DNA from: Opitutia bacterium
GTDB lineage: Bacteria > Verrucomicrobiota > Verrucomicrobiia > Opitutales > T3Sed10-336
Length of the DNA stretch: 64,000 nucleotides
Direction of reading: 5' to 3'
NCBI GenBank assembly: GCA_050506795.1
Contig: JBJHCF010000028.1
Location: forward strand, 1 to 64,000
The position numbers and the translations under genes are program-made. The notes beneath the pieces are model-generated. The model searched no databases and had not been told where the DNA came from. It saw only the letters and a list, made by a program, of their open reading frames with translations. Positions 32,101-41,800 of this stretch are shown piece after piece. Within the stretch, counting starts at the first letter, position 1, and each line of letters begins with the position of its first letter.

Positions 32101-34062
32101 ATTCACCGCAAGCGAAGTCACCCGCTGAAGATAGGAGCCCATTTCCGGGCGCATGACGCCGGAATTCAAGACAACGAGACTGTAGGGGTTGCTGAGTGGA
32201 TGCAAAGAGATCGCAATCGAGTCGGGATCTCCCGGCAGGACCGCCATGTCCAGCATACTCCTCACACGATTGTCCGAATCAAACATCAAGCCGTGTGAGA
32301 GGTCCACCTCCCCGGTTTCGAGGTCGATCCTTTTGACGTTGTACCCGTCCTGGGCGGCAACATACAGGTAGCGCCCGTCGCCGCTGGCAGCCAACCGCGC
32401 CGGACTTGCGCCGACAGAAAACTTTTCAACCACCTCCCCGCTCGAAGGATCGATGGCGATGACCCGGCTTCCGTAGAGAGGATCTTCCCTGTCGATACTC
32501 GCGTAAAGAAGACTGCTCCCGCTCGGCATGACCATGTCGATGATCCGAAGCGACCGCTCGGAAAGAACGGAGTGTTCCCGAACGCCGGGATTCACATGAA
32601 TCCACCCCTCGGTCTGCACCGACGACGGCTGCCGAATTCCGGTCTCCGTCTCAACCGTCGCATCGACACGGAGACGACCGGCTGACGAGCCGACGGCCTG
32701 GATGGTGAGGTCGCGCACTTCACCCGCTTCCAGTGTTTCCCATTCGACGGAAAGGTTTCGGTTCTCCAAAGTCACTTCTCCATCTCCGGCAGTCGCCTCC
32801 AAAACGGTAAATGACCAGGGGACTTCATGCGAGAGAACGACCGAGGTCGCGGTATCCGGTCCGGCATTGGTCAGACGTACCCGGTAGCTGAACGCCTCTT
32901 CAATCACCCGCTGCTCCGGAGGGATGATAACCTCGACCCTCAGATCCGCTTCGGTCTCCGCCGGGGCAACGAGATCGCCCTCGAACACGATCAAGTTATG
33001 GTGCCCCGTGCGCATGGCAAGGCCGCGCGGCCCCCAGCGAACGATCTGTTCCGGCCAGCCCCGCCCGTCGGAAATTGTGAATGTCTTGAGTTCGGCAAAC
33101 GTATCCGCGTCATAGGTCACCACCCTTTGAACATGTAACCCCCAGCGTATCGCCATGAAGAACTTCCCGAGATCCGGATCGAGTATCGTGTCCCGGACCA
33201 ATTCGTTCGAGGGAAGAAAACCGGCGATTTGAAGATTGTGGGGATCGGCGACAACGCCGTCCACCGATACCACCCGACCGTCAAAATAGCGCATCCCAGG
33301 CTGCACCCCGGCCATAGGCGTAGTAAAAATCCCCACCGTGGCGTCCAGGTGCCGGACACCGTTCTCGTCCACCTCCATACGGTGCAATTCATACGGGGGG
33401 TCCTCGCTGAAACCCAACAGCAACGACGAATCCGAGGAAAAGGCGATTTGATGGATGGAGTACGAATCAGCCCCTATTTGGTCCGGACGCGCGGCGTCGC
33501 CCTCGTAGACAGCCAGTTTCTGAAACGAAGAGTCGATTGCCTGGGTCCGTGCCGAAATCGCGACGGCATTCGGGTTGCCGGGAAGGACCTGCATGTCGTT
33601 CACATAAAGGTCGCTGCCGGAGAGGGTCCCGAGCGAAAACCGCGGGCCGATCAAGTCATCCTCGAGATGAATCCTGTGGTAGCCCGGCGCCCCTTGCAGC
33701 GAAACGTACAGGATCTGGTCGTCGTCTGACAAAGCCAGCAGAAGCGGATCCGACCCCACCTGAATTGTTCGCTCCACGCCCATCGTTACCGGATCAATGG
33801 CGATTACCCGGTTGGCGTGAACGGGTGACGCCGCCCGCACGGAAAGCCAGAGCCAACCGCGGGTCGCATCGTAAACCATATCCCCGGTTCGGATCTCCAG
33901 CACCCTCACCTCGGGCTCCTCCGCCTGCAACCCGCCGGCGGTGCCAAGGCAAAAAAACACCGCAGCGATCACTATTCTGTACATTGAAACAACAAGTGAC
34001 CATAACGACCACCGTCCCAGACCGCATGGCTTCGCAAGAGGGTATATTAAGTCAATCATCAT
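29155..34062 (-). CDS. Large secreted surface protein, paralog 1 (same architecture; start may be ATG 33984)
   Basis: Collinear motifs: VGSDPLLLALSDD, NAGPDTATSV, VTVPAGDTSATF..DNDRLDG, TYYWQVV..PVWSF, C-terminal FMRLRI. Confidence 0.88.
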   Translation of the reverse strand: MMIDLIYPLAKPCGLGRWSLWSLVVSMYRIVIAAVFFCLGTAGGLQAEEPEVRVLEIRTGDMVYDATRGWLWLSVRAASPVHANRVIAIDPVTMGVERTIQVGSDPLLLALSDDDQILYVSLQGAPGYHRIHLEDDLIGPRFSLGTLSGSDLYVNDMQVLPGNPNAVAISARTQAIDSSFQKLAVYEGDAARPDQIGADSYSIHQIAFSSDSSLLLGFSEDPPYELHRMEVDENGVRHLDATVGIFTTPMAGVQPGMRYFDGRVVSVDGVVADPHNLQIAGFLPSNELVRDTILDPDLGKFFMAIRWGLHVQRVVTYDADTFAELKTFTISDGRGWPEQIVRWGPRGLAMRTGHHNLIVFEGDLVAPAETEADLRVEVIIPPEQRVIEEAFSYRVRLTNAGPDTATSVVLSHEVPWSFTVLEATAGDGEVTLENRNLSVEWETLEAGEVRDLTIQAVGSSAGRLRVDATVETETGIRQPSSVQTEGWIHVNPGVREHSVLSERSLRIIDMVMPSGSSLLYASIDREDPLYGSRVIAIDPSSGEVVEKFSVGASPARLAASGDGRYLYVAAQDGYNVKRIDLETGEVDLSHGLMFDSDNRVRSMLDMAVLPGDPDSIAISLHPLSNPYSLVVLNSGVMRPEMGSYLQRVTSLAVNDTGSTIYGLQESSRIFRRFSVGPTGVTHLDSANDLFTGPSHRLTYFDGRVYSNVGTIVNAGDLTVAGVFGEENNARKSVALLPELNRALFLRDTGEIESFVLDSTDPVATWNIPHVGTARAPLIVHNGNRMAFAREGSLILLESGIADNERANLALEVENEPVDMRVGMSWTSLARVTNEGDVRVTDLQIDLQRINSLTLVRVESTMGTVTSHFGRFEVFVESLEPGETVEVTVTVRPSLVRSYGLWIGVTTFEEAEDPSVLVKEYAFESKPQGELTIDIPDEATEGDGVLEAAGTVTLGEPELFDAIVLLSSSVTSRLVVPGSVTVPAGDTSATFDLEIVDNDRLDGSRSVNVTGQMAGFASDSVSIIVHDNDSAVITIDVPENVQQGDTVTGRIFIDRPSHTTFMVELSTEHPEWVTLPETVALWPGSMPSVEFSVKVSDALPPLDGQIVSLSASVPGWTDGSAEMLVMPPPPGIPFNPFPLSLSRFASTSPTLSWNEATSMELIVNGRFSSGDFRGWEQVSTGDGGWAMNDGTYDPPGPVGPQPPLSDGFNAVSYQTGPGTNTLFQEVLLPHGVETISLSWADRIYNSGADYSANAQEFRVEVHEVDGAFGKTIFATEPGHPLISSWRFDSGDLTEFQGEHVVLEFIETDSNGYLNVFVDNVSVVAHFPDDTSIDEDIFEVYLGKTPYLGPEDLFQVVNARGVSLDGLEPETTYYWQVVVRRGEQTASSPVWSFRTAAMDVVITAPEGPTVNELLVFDVAFSEPVVGLSVDDFVIHNAAEAWLSGEGAEYTLSVVPAEYGEVSAYLPADTVRNGEGGGNAASVHAAVFYLGPVSFERWRELYFSATERQQDPEGTSVDGDAGGKGVPNLMRYALGMFHGEIEHSLFPRMAFVEVEGTEVPVIVYHRSPNAVDVEVSVEVSSDLRNWSNDEELFEVVSVEEAGSVERVVVRYLGENGSHDKRHLFMRLRIRSAETEPLP

Positions 34063-34408
34063 TTTCAGGGAGTTACTCCAAGGCGTTGCGAGACAAACTT
34101 CGCCTTAACCGGTGAGATTCCTACCCTCAAAGGAATGGGGATACAAACCAAAAGTAAAAAACCGCTAGCCGGATCCCACTTGTATTGTTTCACAAGCCAT
34201 AATTGCAACTCCATCGATCATTGATGGATTGTACCGGCGGCAGAAACCAATCCTTTGATCCTTTTCCCGGAATTTTCAACACCCCCCCATGCACTAACCT
34301 GAACCAGGTTTCCACCGATCCCGTTTCTCCCTCTCCGAGGATTGACAAACCGGCTCACTTCCGTCGGAATACCTGTTTCCGCGACAACAAGTGCCTCGTC
34401 ATCGGCGG

Positions 34409-34438
34409 TTGGTACTTGGACGCAAGTTTCTTTACAAT
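34409..34438 (+). promoter_or_regulatory. Candidate sigma70 promoter for the tRNA
   Basis: TTGGTA-18 bp-TACAAT ending 10 bp before the tRNA. Confidence 0.4.
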
Positions 34439-34448
34439 AATCACTTAG

Positions 34449-34521
34449 GCCAGGATAGCTCAGTTGGTAGAGCAATGGTTTCGTAAACCATAGGTCGTGG
34501 GTTCGAGTCCCATTCCTGGCT
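34449..34521 (+). tRNA. tRNA-Thr: tRNA-Thr (anticodon CGT), CCA not encoded
   Basis: Acceptor GCCAGGA/TCCTGGC; D arm AGCTCAGTTGGTAGAGC; anticodon stem ATGGT/ACCAT with loop TTCGTAA; T loop GGTTCGAGTCC. Confidence 0.97.
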
Positions 34522-34570
34522 CCCTTTTTCCAAGCGGGAAATCGGGGTAAACGGTCAACGCCCGGACACC

Positions 34571-35446
34571 ATGAGCACTATGAAAAACATTACCCGACGC
34601 CGGTTTATCGGAGCCACTGGCGCCGCGCTTTTTTCCACCGCTTGCCTGGGAACCTCCCGGCTGTTCGCGGAGGAAAAAACCGATGCCATCAAAGCCAGCA
34701 TCGCTCACTACAGCGGATTCAAGATGGGAATTCAGAGTTATTCGCTCCGGCATTTCAATATCTCCGAAACCATCGAACACACCGCTTCCCTGGGCCTGCA
34801 CTGGATCGAATTTTTCCCCGGCCAGTTCGAGGTCACGGAAGACATGGACCAGATCAACGCCGTCAAGGAACAACTCAAGCCTCACGACCTGCACCTCTCG
34901 GTTCACGGCGTTCACCACTTCGGAGGCAACGCGGAAAACAACCGTAACATCTTCCAGTTTGCGAAGCTCGCCGGCATTCCCCTCATCTCCTGCGACCCGC
35001 ACCCGGACTCCTTTCCGATTCTCCACGACCTGGTGCAGGAATTCGACATAAAGGTCGGCATCCACAACCACGGGCCCGGACACCGCTACGACAGAATCAG
35101 CGACTCCCTCGAAGCGGTCGCGGACTGGGACGAACGCATCGGATTCTGTCCCGACACCGGCCACTACATGCGTTCCGGCGAAGATCCAGTGGAAATGGTG
35201 ACCCTGCTCAAGGACCGCCTCTACGGCATGCACCTGAAAGATCATGAAGGGATCCATCGCAACGGCCCCCCGGAAACCATCCTCGGCGAAGGGTCGCTCG
35301 ATCTCGAGGCCTTCTGCCAGGCCCTTCGCGAAATAGGATACGACGCCCCGATCTCGCTCGAGTACGAGTTGAATCCGCAGAACCCCGTCGACGATATTCG
35401 CCGGGGCCTTGAGAACTTTGCCCGGGCCGCGGCGGCGACAGCTTGA
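34571..35446 (+). CDS. Tat-exported sugar-phosphate isomerase/epimerase (AP endonuclease 2 TIM barrel)
   Basis: TRRRFIG; GIQSYSLR; IHNHGP; DTGHY; MHLKD; ISLEYE. Confidence 0.9.
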   Translation: MSTMKNITRRRFIGATGAALFSTACLGTSRLFAEEKTDAIKASIAHYSGFKMGIQSYSLRHFNISETIEHTASLGLHWIEFFPGQFEVTEDMDQINAVKEQLKPHDLHLSVHGVHHFGGNAENNRNIFQFAKLAGIPLISCDPHPDSFPILHDLVQEFDIKVGIHNHGPGHRYDRISDSLEAVADWDERIGFCPDTGHYMRSGEDPVEMVTLLKDRLYGMHLKDHEGIHRNGPPETILGEGSLDLEAFCQALREIGYDAPISLEYELNPQNPVDDIRRGLENFARAAAATA

Positions 35447-35521
35447 ATTCGGACGAACCGGGAAGGCAGTATTTGCCACTCGGATACCGCCGTGCGGCCA
35501 TGCGGGAGCACGGCCCTCCAG

Positions 35522-35546
35522 AAAATCTTGCGCGATTTGCGCAAGA
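35522..35546 (-). terminator. Intrinsic terminator-like hairpin between convergent genes
   Basis: TCTTGCGC/GCGCAAGA stem, 5-nt loop, followed by TTTT on the minus strand, 36 bp after the SGNH stop. Confidence 0.5.
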
Positions 35547-35582
35547 ACTCAGAATTAAGGGACTAACCGAGCGCCATTCGGA

Positions 35583-36308
35583 TTAATTCTCTTCCCTGCC
35601 CCATACCTCGGCGAGTTCGGCCTTGATCAATTCCGCCCAGATGGCGTAGCCCGTTTCGTTCAGGTGCAGCCGGTCGCCGACAAAATAGTCCGGACGCGGC
35701 TCGCCTCGCTCATCCAGGAATCTCGCGGTCGTGGCGATATAATGCAGCCGGGGATGACCCTGGCACAGCGTGCGGATAACCGAATTGACTTCTTTGATCG
35801 CGTTCCAGGCGTGCCAGCGGGACGGTGTTGGCGTGACCTCCACATAGAACACCTCCGCCTCCGGCTGGTGCCGCAACGCGACTTCGGCCACCATTCGAAA
35901 CCACTCCGCCACCTGATCCGGCTCCGGATCGTCTTCCCGACCGGTCACGTCGTTGGCCACAAAAACCACCACGCCCCGAAAACGATGCGCGGCGATCAAC
36001 TCCTCGGCAAACACCGCCAAATCCGAAAACCGGGCTCCGCCGTATCCCCGCTGAATCGGGTGATAAGGCGCCATATCCGCCTTGATGGAATCCCATAGAC
36101 GGATGGAGGAGCTTCCGATGAATAAAACCGCGTCATCCGGATGCTCCTCTTCCGCGTCCCTGGCTGTCAAAGCGACGATTTCACTTCGCCACTGGTCCCA
36201 CGCCGCACTCACCTGGCTCTCCGGCAAGTCGAGGGCACCCGCCGACGCATTCCAGGACGAGACACCCGCCATCACCATGATGACCATGCACATTGCCTTA
36301 ATATTCAT
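35583..36308 (-). CDS. SGNH/GDSL hydrolase
   Basis: FIGSSSIRLW; RGYGGA; AND; catalytic DRLHLN..GY; signal peptide from ATG 36308. Confidence 0.88.
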   Translation of the reverse strand: MNIKAMCMVIMVMAGVSSWNASAGALDLPESQVSAAWDQWRSEIVALTARDAEEEHPDDAVLFIGSSSIRLWDSIKADMAPYHPIQRGYGGARFSDLAVFAEELIAAHRFRGVVVFVANDVTGREDDPEPDQVAEWFRMVAEVALRHQPEAEVFYVEVTPTPSRWHAWNAIKEVNSVIRTLCQGHPRLHYIATTARFLDERGEPRPDYFVGDRLHLNETGYAIWAELIKAELAEVWGREEN

Positions 36309-36337
36309 AAACCCGTGTATTTGGCACATATATCCCC

Positions 36338-36364
36338 TTGACATGCTTCCCTTATATATATAAT
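36338..36364 (+). promoter_or_regulatory. Consensus sigma70 boxes upstream of the PEP-CTERM gene
   Basis: TTGACA (36338-36343), 15 bp, TATAAT (36359-36364) in an AT-rich divergent intergenic region. Confidence 0.5.
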
Positions 36365-36638
36365 CCATTTGCTTAAATATACCGCATTACGCCGGTGCGA
36401 ATCTTTTTATCGGCCGCGGTGCCATCGCGTTTCTTATACATCGGGCCTCCCCTAAAACCGTGAAAATTTCCAGTTCAACTCAACGGTATTCGTTAATCGC
36501 TCACCACCAAACCGGTTTTTTCGGCACCCCGCGAAACCTGAATATGACGGATAATCGTTGAGCCTCGATCATTTCCAACGCTTCGCCCCCCGGCGATGAT
36601 GCGTTCCTAAACCCTGAACCCACAGAAAACAGAAAAAA

Positions 36639-38492
36639 ATGCAGAAAACCAAACCTAATTCTATGTCTAGCCGGACATTGCTCGGACTGACCGCTGCTTG
36701 TGTGGCGGGCCTGATACCCTTCGCAGCTGCGCAGGAGGAACCCGAGATCGAATGGATCGCCGGAACGGGCGATTTCATGGACGGTGCCAACTGGGAGGGC
36801 GGTGTTGTCCCCGGCGCCGGCGAAAAAGCCGATATCAACAATGGCGGCACCGCCCAGTGGCATTCCGACCAGGACCACACGGTCTGGGAACTGCGCGCCG
36901 GGTGGAATGGCCCAGGATCGGCGGAGATTTCCGGCGGCGGCACCTTCAACAACACGGCGTGGACCTGGATCGGCGGTGGCGGCGGCGGCGACGCCACGGT
37001 CACGGTGTCCGGCGAAGGCACGGTTTTCCGCTCGACCGGTGAAACCAACATCGGACGCGGCAGCGCCACCGGCGTGCTGAATCTCGAAGCGGGCAGCCTG
37101 TTTCATCAGGATGTCGACGCGGTGTTCAACGTCGGCCGCGACGACGGCAGTTCCGGCACGGTCAACCTGAACGGAGGCAGCATGATTCTGACCGGCGAAA
37201 CGTGGATCGGCGAGGGAGGCGGATCCACGGGTACCTTCAACTTTTCCGGAGGCGAGATCCAGTCGCTCCGTTGGTTCGTGGTCGGTCGTTCGGGCGGCAA
37301 CGGTTCGCTGACCATGACTGACGGCGTTCACAATCACACGCCTTCGTTCGACAACTACATCGTGGGAGACAACGCCACGGGCGCCATGGATATGAGCGGC
37401 GGCACCCTCAACATCGCCAGTGAGCTGTGGGTCGGCCAGGGCGGCAACGGCAACGGTACTTTCGATTTCTCCGGGGGCCAGATTACCGTGGACCGTTGGC
37501 TGGCGATCGGCCGCGGCGGGGGCGTCGGTGAAATGAACATGACCGGAGGCACCTACAACCACACCAGCGGAGACTCGTTCATCATGGGCGCCGGCGGCGG
37601 CAGTGTCGGAACTCTGAATCAAAGCGGCGGCACCGTGAATGCGCAGGGCCCGGTCTGGGTCGGTGAAGTGGGAACCGGAACCTACAACCTATCCGGGGAC
37701 GGCGAGCTCAATGCCAATGCCGGTATAAGCGTAGGACATTTCAGCGGGACCGGTGAAATGAATCTGAACGGGGGCACATTGAACGCTTCCCAGATTCACG
37801 GTTACGATGGAGGCAGTTCGACCGTGAACTTCAACGGCACGATCGTGGGTGCGACCGGCGATAACGACAACTTCATCAGCGGTCTGACCAACGCCAACAT
37901 CCAGGACGGAGGATTGCACATCAACACCAACGGGTTTGCAGTGGGCACCTCCCAGAACTTCTCCGGGAGCACGGGTCTCGAAACGGTGGAGGTCTTTGGC
38001 GGCGGTTCGCTGGCGGTAAATGGCGAGCTGTCCGGAATCTTCGGAGTCAACGTGGCCACCGGCACCACGCTGCGGGGTACGGGATCCATTGACGGTTTGG
38101 TATCGATCGCCGACGGAGCCACCCTGGCGCCGGGCACTTCGATCGGGACCCTGAGCGTGGCCAACGCGGATATCGGAGGCACCTTCCAGGTTGAATACGA
38201 CGGGGGAATGATTGATCTCCTCAACGTCACCGGCACGCTGGATATCACCGAAGCCACCGTTGAGTTCGTGGGAATCGGCAACGACCTGTCCGGAATCGTC
38301 GTTTTCGCAACCTATGGCTTGTTAATCGGCACTGAGTTCGACCAGGTGATCGGGCTGCCGGACGGTTATTCGATCGACTACAATTACGAAGGCGCCAACA
38401 GCCTCGCCCTGGTACCCGAGCCGAGCACCTACGCTCTGCTTTTCGGCATCAGTATCCTGACGGTTGCGGTCTTGCGTCGTCGGCGGCGCTAG
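36639..38492 (+). CDS. PEP-CTERM sorted surface protein with Gly-rich beta-helix-like repeats
   Basis: Signal peptide; repeats such as WIGEGGGSTGTFNFSGG and LWVGQGGNGNGTFDFSGG; LAPGTSIGTL; C-terminus VPEPSTYALLFGISILTVAVLRRRRR. Confidence 0.95.
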   Translation: MQKTKPNSMSSRTLLGLTAACVAGLIPFAAAQEEPEIEWIAGTGDFMDGANWEGGVVPGAGEKADINNGGTAQWHSDQDHTVWELRAGWNGPGSAEISGGGTFNNTAWTWIGGGGGGDATVTVSGEGTVFRSTGETNIGRGSATGVLNLEAGSLFHQDVDAVFNVGRDDGSSGTVNLNGGSMILTGETWIGEGGGSTGTFNFSGGEIQSLRWFVVGRSGGNGSLTMTDGVHNHTPSFDNYIVGDNATGAMDMSGGTLNIASELWVGQGGNGNGTFDFSGGQITVDRWLAIGRGGGVGEMNMTGGTYNHTSGDSFIMGAGGGSVGTLNQSGGTVNAQGPVWVGEVGTGTYNLSGDGELNANAGISVGHFSGTGEMNLNGGTLNASQIHGYDGGSSTVNFNGTIVGATGDNDNFISGLTNANIQDGGLHINTNGFAVGTSQNFSGSTGLETVEVFGGGSLAVNGELSGIFGVNVATGTTLRGTGSIDGLVSIADGATLAPGTSIGTLSVANADIGGTFQVEYDGGMIDLLNVTGTLDITEATVEFVGIGNDLSGIVVFATYGLLIGTEFDQVIGLPDGYSIDYNYEGANSLALVPEPSTYALLFGISILTVAVLRRRRR

Positions 38493-38524
38493 TCCCCGAT
38501 CGACTCCATCGATCCATTTCAGAC

Positions 38525-38562
38525 AAGACGTGTGTAGCGCTTTCCGCTACACACGTCTTTTT
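38525..38562 (+). terminator. Rho-independent terminator
   Basis: Perfect 15-bp stem AAGACGTGTGTAGCG/CGCTACACACGTCTT, 5-nt loop, T tail, 32 bp after the PEP-CTERM stop. Confidence 0.9.
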
Positions 38563-38854
38563 CGTGTTGGGCCAGGCACAGGCCGGTATCGTCGCGTTCC
38601 CGCGGTGAATTCGTCAACCGGACTGCGCCTGGTTGTTCCAATCCTTCTCGGCCGCGGGATAGTCCCGGTTCTTAAACCAAACCTTATCGATCACATGGAC
38701 TCTTTGCATCCGCGTTTCCCCCAGCCACGCCAAGGTATGTTTCCTGAGGAAACATGTCGCATGCCAACCCCCCAGATTACCCAAACCGCAGGATCACGGC
38801 TTGAAATTTGCAGCTCCTGAAGGTGACCGATGATCCTCCGGCCGTCAGAATCCG

Positions 38855-41800
38855 CTACAGAATTGGCCCGATGACGAGGAGGCGGAGGAAGCGGCGGGGG
38901 TGGTCGTCGATGGAGAGATAAACCTCGTGCATCTCGCCATCGCTGTTTTCCCCGGAATAATCGTCGCTGTCGAAGAGAAGGTCGCTCCAATCGATCAGAT
39001 CAGTCGAGGCTTCGATCCGATATGCGATATCGGTCAGTTCGGGATTCCGATAGAACCGGATAAACAAGCGGTTGTCAGCGGCCTTTCCCTGTTCAAGCTG
39101 TTCCGGTCCAAGACGATCGTTCGGACCCGCACCCAGGGCATACTTGAGAAGGTTCGACACGCCATCACCAAACGGGGCGGCGCCGGGTCCACTGAATGCC
39201 GGATCGGCGGCGAGAGTGGTGTCGAAATGGTCCCCCACCCATCCGGCGTAACCGGCCGGCGCTCCGCTCGAAGTGATGACGATATCGTCGAGGCGCAGTT
39301 GCGTCCGGGGACCACTGGTGACGCCTATGTGATGGTAGCGCCACTGCAGCTGCACCAGGGAATGTTCTTCCAGTTCACTCGGCAACCGGATCGGCCCAAA
39401 CGTCGCAGTATCCCCGGCGCTCTCGCTTCGGACATACTCAACGGGTTCCCCCTCGTCAAAAACATCCGTCCAGGCACCCGTCGTGCCGATCCGGTATTGC
39501 AGGCGAATCCCATAGATACGGCTGTTGGGCAAAAGGGTTTCACCCGTCCAACTGACATCGATGTCACTCACTCCGGTTGTATCAAGGGCAAGGAGAGCAG
39601 CCCCCACATCGCGTCCACGTCCGGTATTGATAAATGCGATACCATTCTCTTCCAAACCATTGATCCGGCTTCTCGATTCGGCCGCGTAAGGAAAAGCCAC
39701 ATCCTCCGCCCTCGCCGCGTCCGCGGCGGGAATGTGGTAGGCATACGCCAGATCGGAGGTCAGCATCGGGTCGCTCTCATCGCTTTGGAGAAAGATCATA
39801 TTCGCGGGAAACACATCCGCCGGATTGTTCGCCGCCCAGAATTGAAAGCGGTAGTTGGCGCCATCGAGTACAAACGGCGCGGGATAAATCAGGAAGCGAA
39901 CCTCCCACTCGATCGTCGGATTGGTTCCGTCAGATGCTCCGACGCTGATACTCCAACCCCCGGTCCGCTGCCCGGTAACGGACAGTTCCGCCCCATCCAG
40001 GCCGGCCACAACCCCGTCCGAACCGGTGGTCGCCACGGTAAACGCCAGCGCGTCGCCTTCCGGATCAGTGAACCAATCGTTAAGGTCGAAAACAATCGGT
40101 TCCGCGCCCGCTGTCAGGACCAGAAACTCCGGCGCCGTCTCCTCGTTCACAACCGGGGGAAGATTGGTTCCCGGCAACGGGAGGCCGCGAACAATCACGT
40201 CGTCAAAGCGATTATTTCCCTCGGTGCCTCCCTCGCCCTGGCCGAATTCGATCTTTACCGCAAAATCCGGGTTGTCCGCCACCCCGGCGATTCCGCCGAA
40301 ATCAAAGCTCTGGGCTTGCGGTATGTCATTAAACACCGCATACGTGGCCGCCTCGGTCCAGCTCACTCCATCCGTGGTAAACGAGAGCGTCTGTTCCCCG
40401 GCTCCCTGCCCCGATCGGCGGGTCAGGAAATCCAGGGTAACAGTGTTATAGCCGGTCGTCGGAAGTGCGAAGGTCACGGTCGCACCAAGCGGATTGTTGA
40501 CCCGGAGGTGTTGGGTTTCGAAATCCCCGCCGGTGTTCGCCAGGACCTCCGTGTCCGGTCCGGGAGCGATTGTCAACGCCCCGCCCCCGAGGGTGAAGGA
40601 GGGTTCCAGCATGTCGGTTTCCGACTCGAAATCCCACTCGTGAAGGGTCACCCCGGGCGGCAGAAGGTCATCGGCATCCAGTTCCACTTTCGCGCTCCAC
40701 TCGGAATCATGAAAGGCACGAGCGACGATAACATCGGAACGGGCGAGCGGGAGTCCAACGGATACCGCATCTCCTCGACTGTCGAGGGATAGGTCAAAAT
40801 AGATATCGGAGCTCGTGCTGTTGACTTGATGAATCTCCACCGCCAAAACATTGCTCCCCGCCTCCAGCAGATGACCGAGCGGGACGTTATAGGTGAAATA
40901 GGTGTTCTGTGCGGGAGACGCCACGACACTCGAAGCGAACGTATCATAGGTCGGCTCGCCGGGCGGCATGTTGGAGCGGAATAGCTCGACGCCATTGAGG
41001 TATACGACCGCGCCGTCGTCCCGGAGAAGGTCAAAGACGAGTTCGTCGATCTCCCCGGGGTCATCGGCCGAAAACGTATGACGAAAATAGGTCGTGGTGA
41101 CCTGGGGGCCGGAGGTTCCGCTGACATAACGCCGGGTGACGGTCGAAACCGGGTTCTGGGTCGGGGCGCCGGCGAATCCAAGAATGGCGGGGCCCTGCTC
41201 CCAATCATGGTCATCGAAATCCGGATCCCGCCAGGTCGAAGAACCCTGGTCGTTCGGCTGCATGCCGAGATCGAAATAACGCCAGGTGGCGCCCCGATCG
41301 ATGAGCCGAACAGCCTGCGACCCGTTCTCGGGCGGCTGCACCAGAATGGCTGCAGGGTTGATCCCTCCACCCGGCAACCTCGGGTCGGTGCCGTCAGTCG
41401 TGTAGTAAAAAGCGGTTTCCGCACCAATCCGAACGGCCCGGTCTTCGGCTCGCAACCTGGGCGCTGTGATTGAGGGAAACCAACCGCGGTTCTGAAACTG
41501 GTTGATCAGGATGTTCCGGCGTTGGGCCAGAAAATTCAAAACCTCGTTGGCGGCCGGGATCCAATGTCCATCGCGGGTTCTCCCGCGTCCCCACCGGGCC
41601 GACTCCCCGATGATTGCCAGATCGATCTCCGCCATGCGCGCCAGCACTCTCTCCTGCGCGCTGTCGGGAGCCAGGGCGCCCTCTCCGAAAAGGTGCCGCT
41701 GCACGAAATCGGCGAATTGCATGCGGTATTCCGGATGCTCGATCAGTCGGGTGTGAAGTGTGATCGGGTTAAAGCGGTGCTGTTCGGTCCAATCGACCGT

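Noticed and set aside
34449..34521. tRNA-anchored genomic island
   Set aside because: No integrase, and I saw no duplicate of the tRNA 3' end; the tandem array lies on the 5' side.
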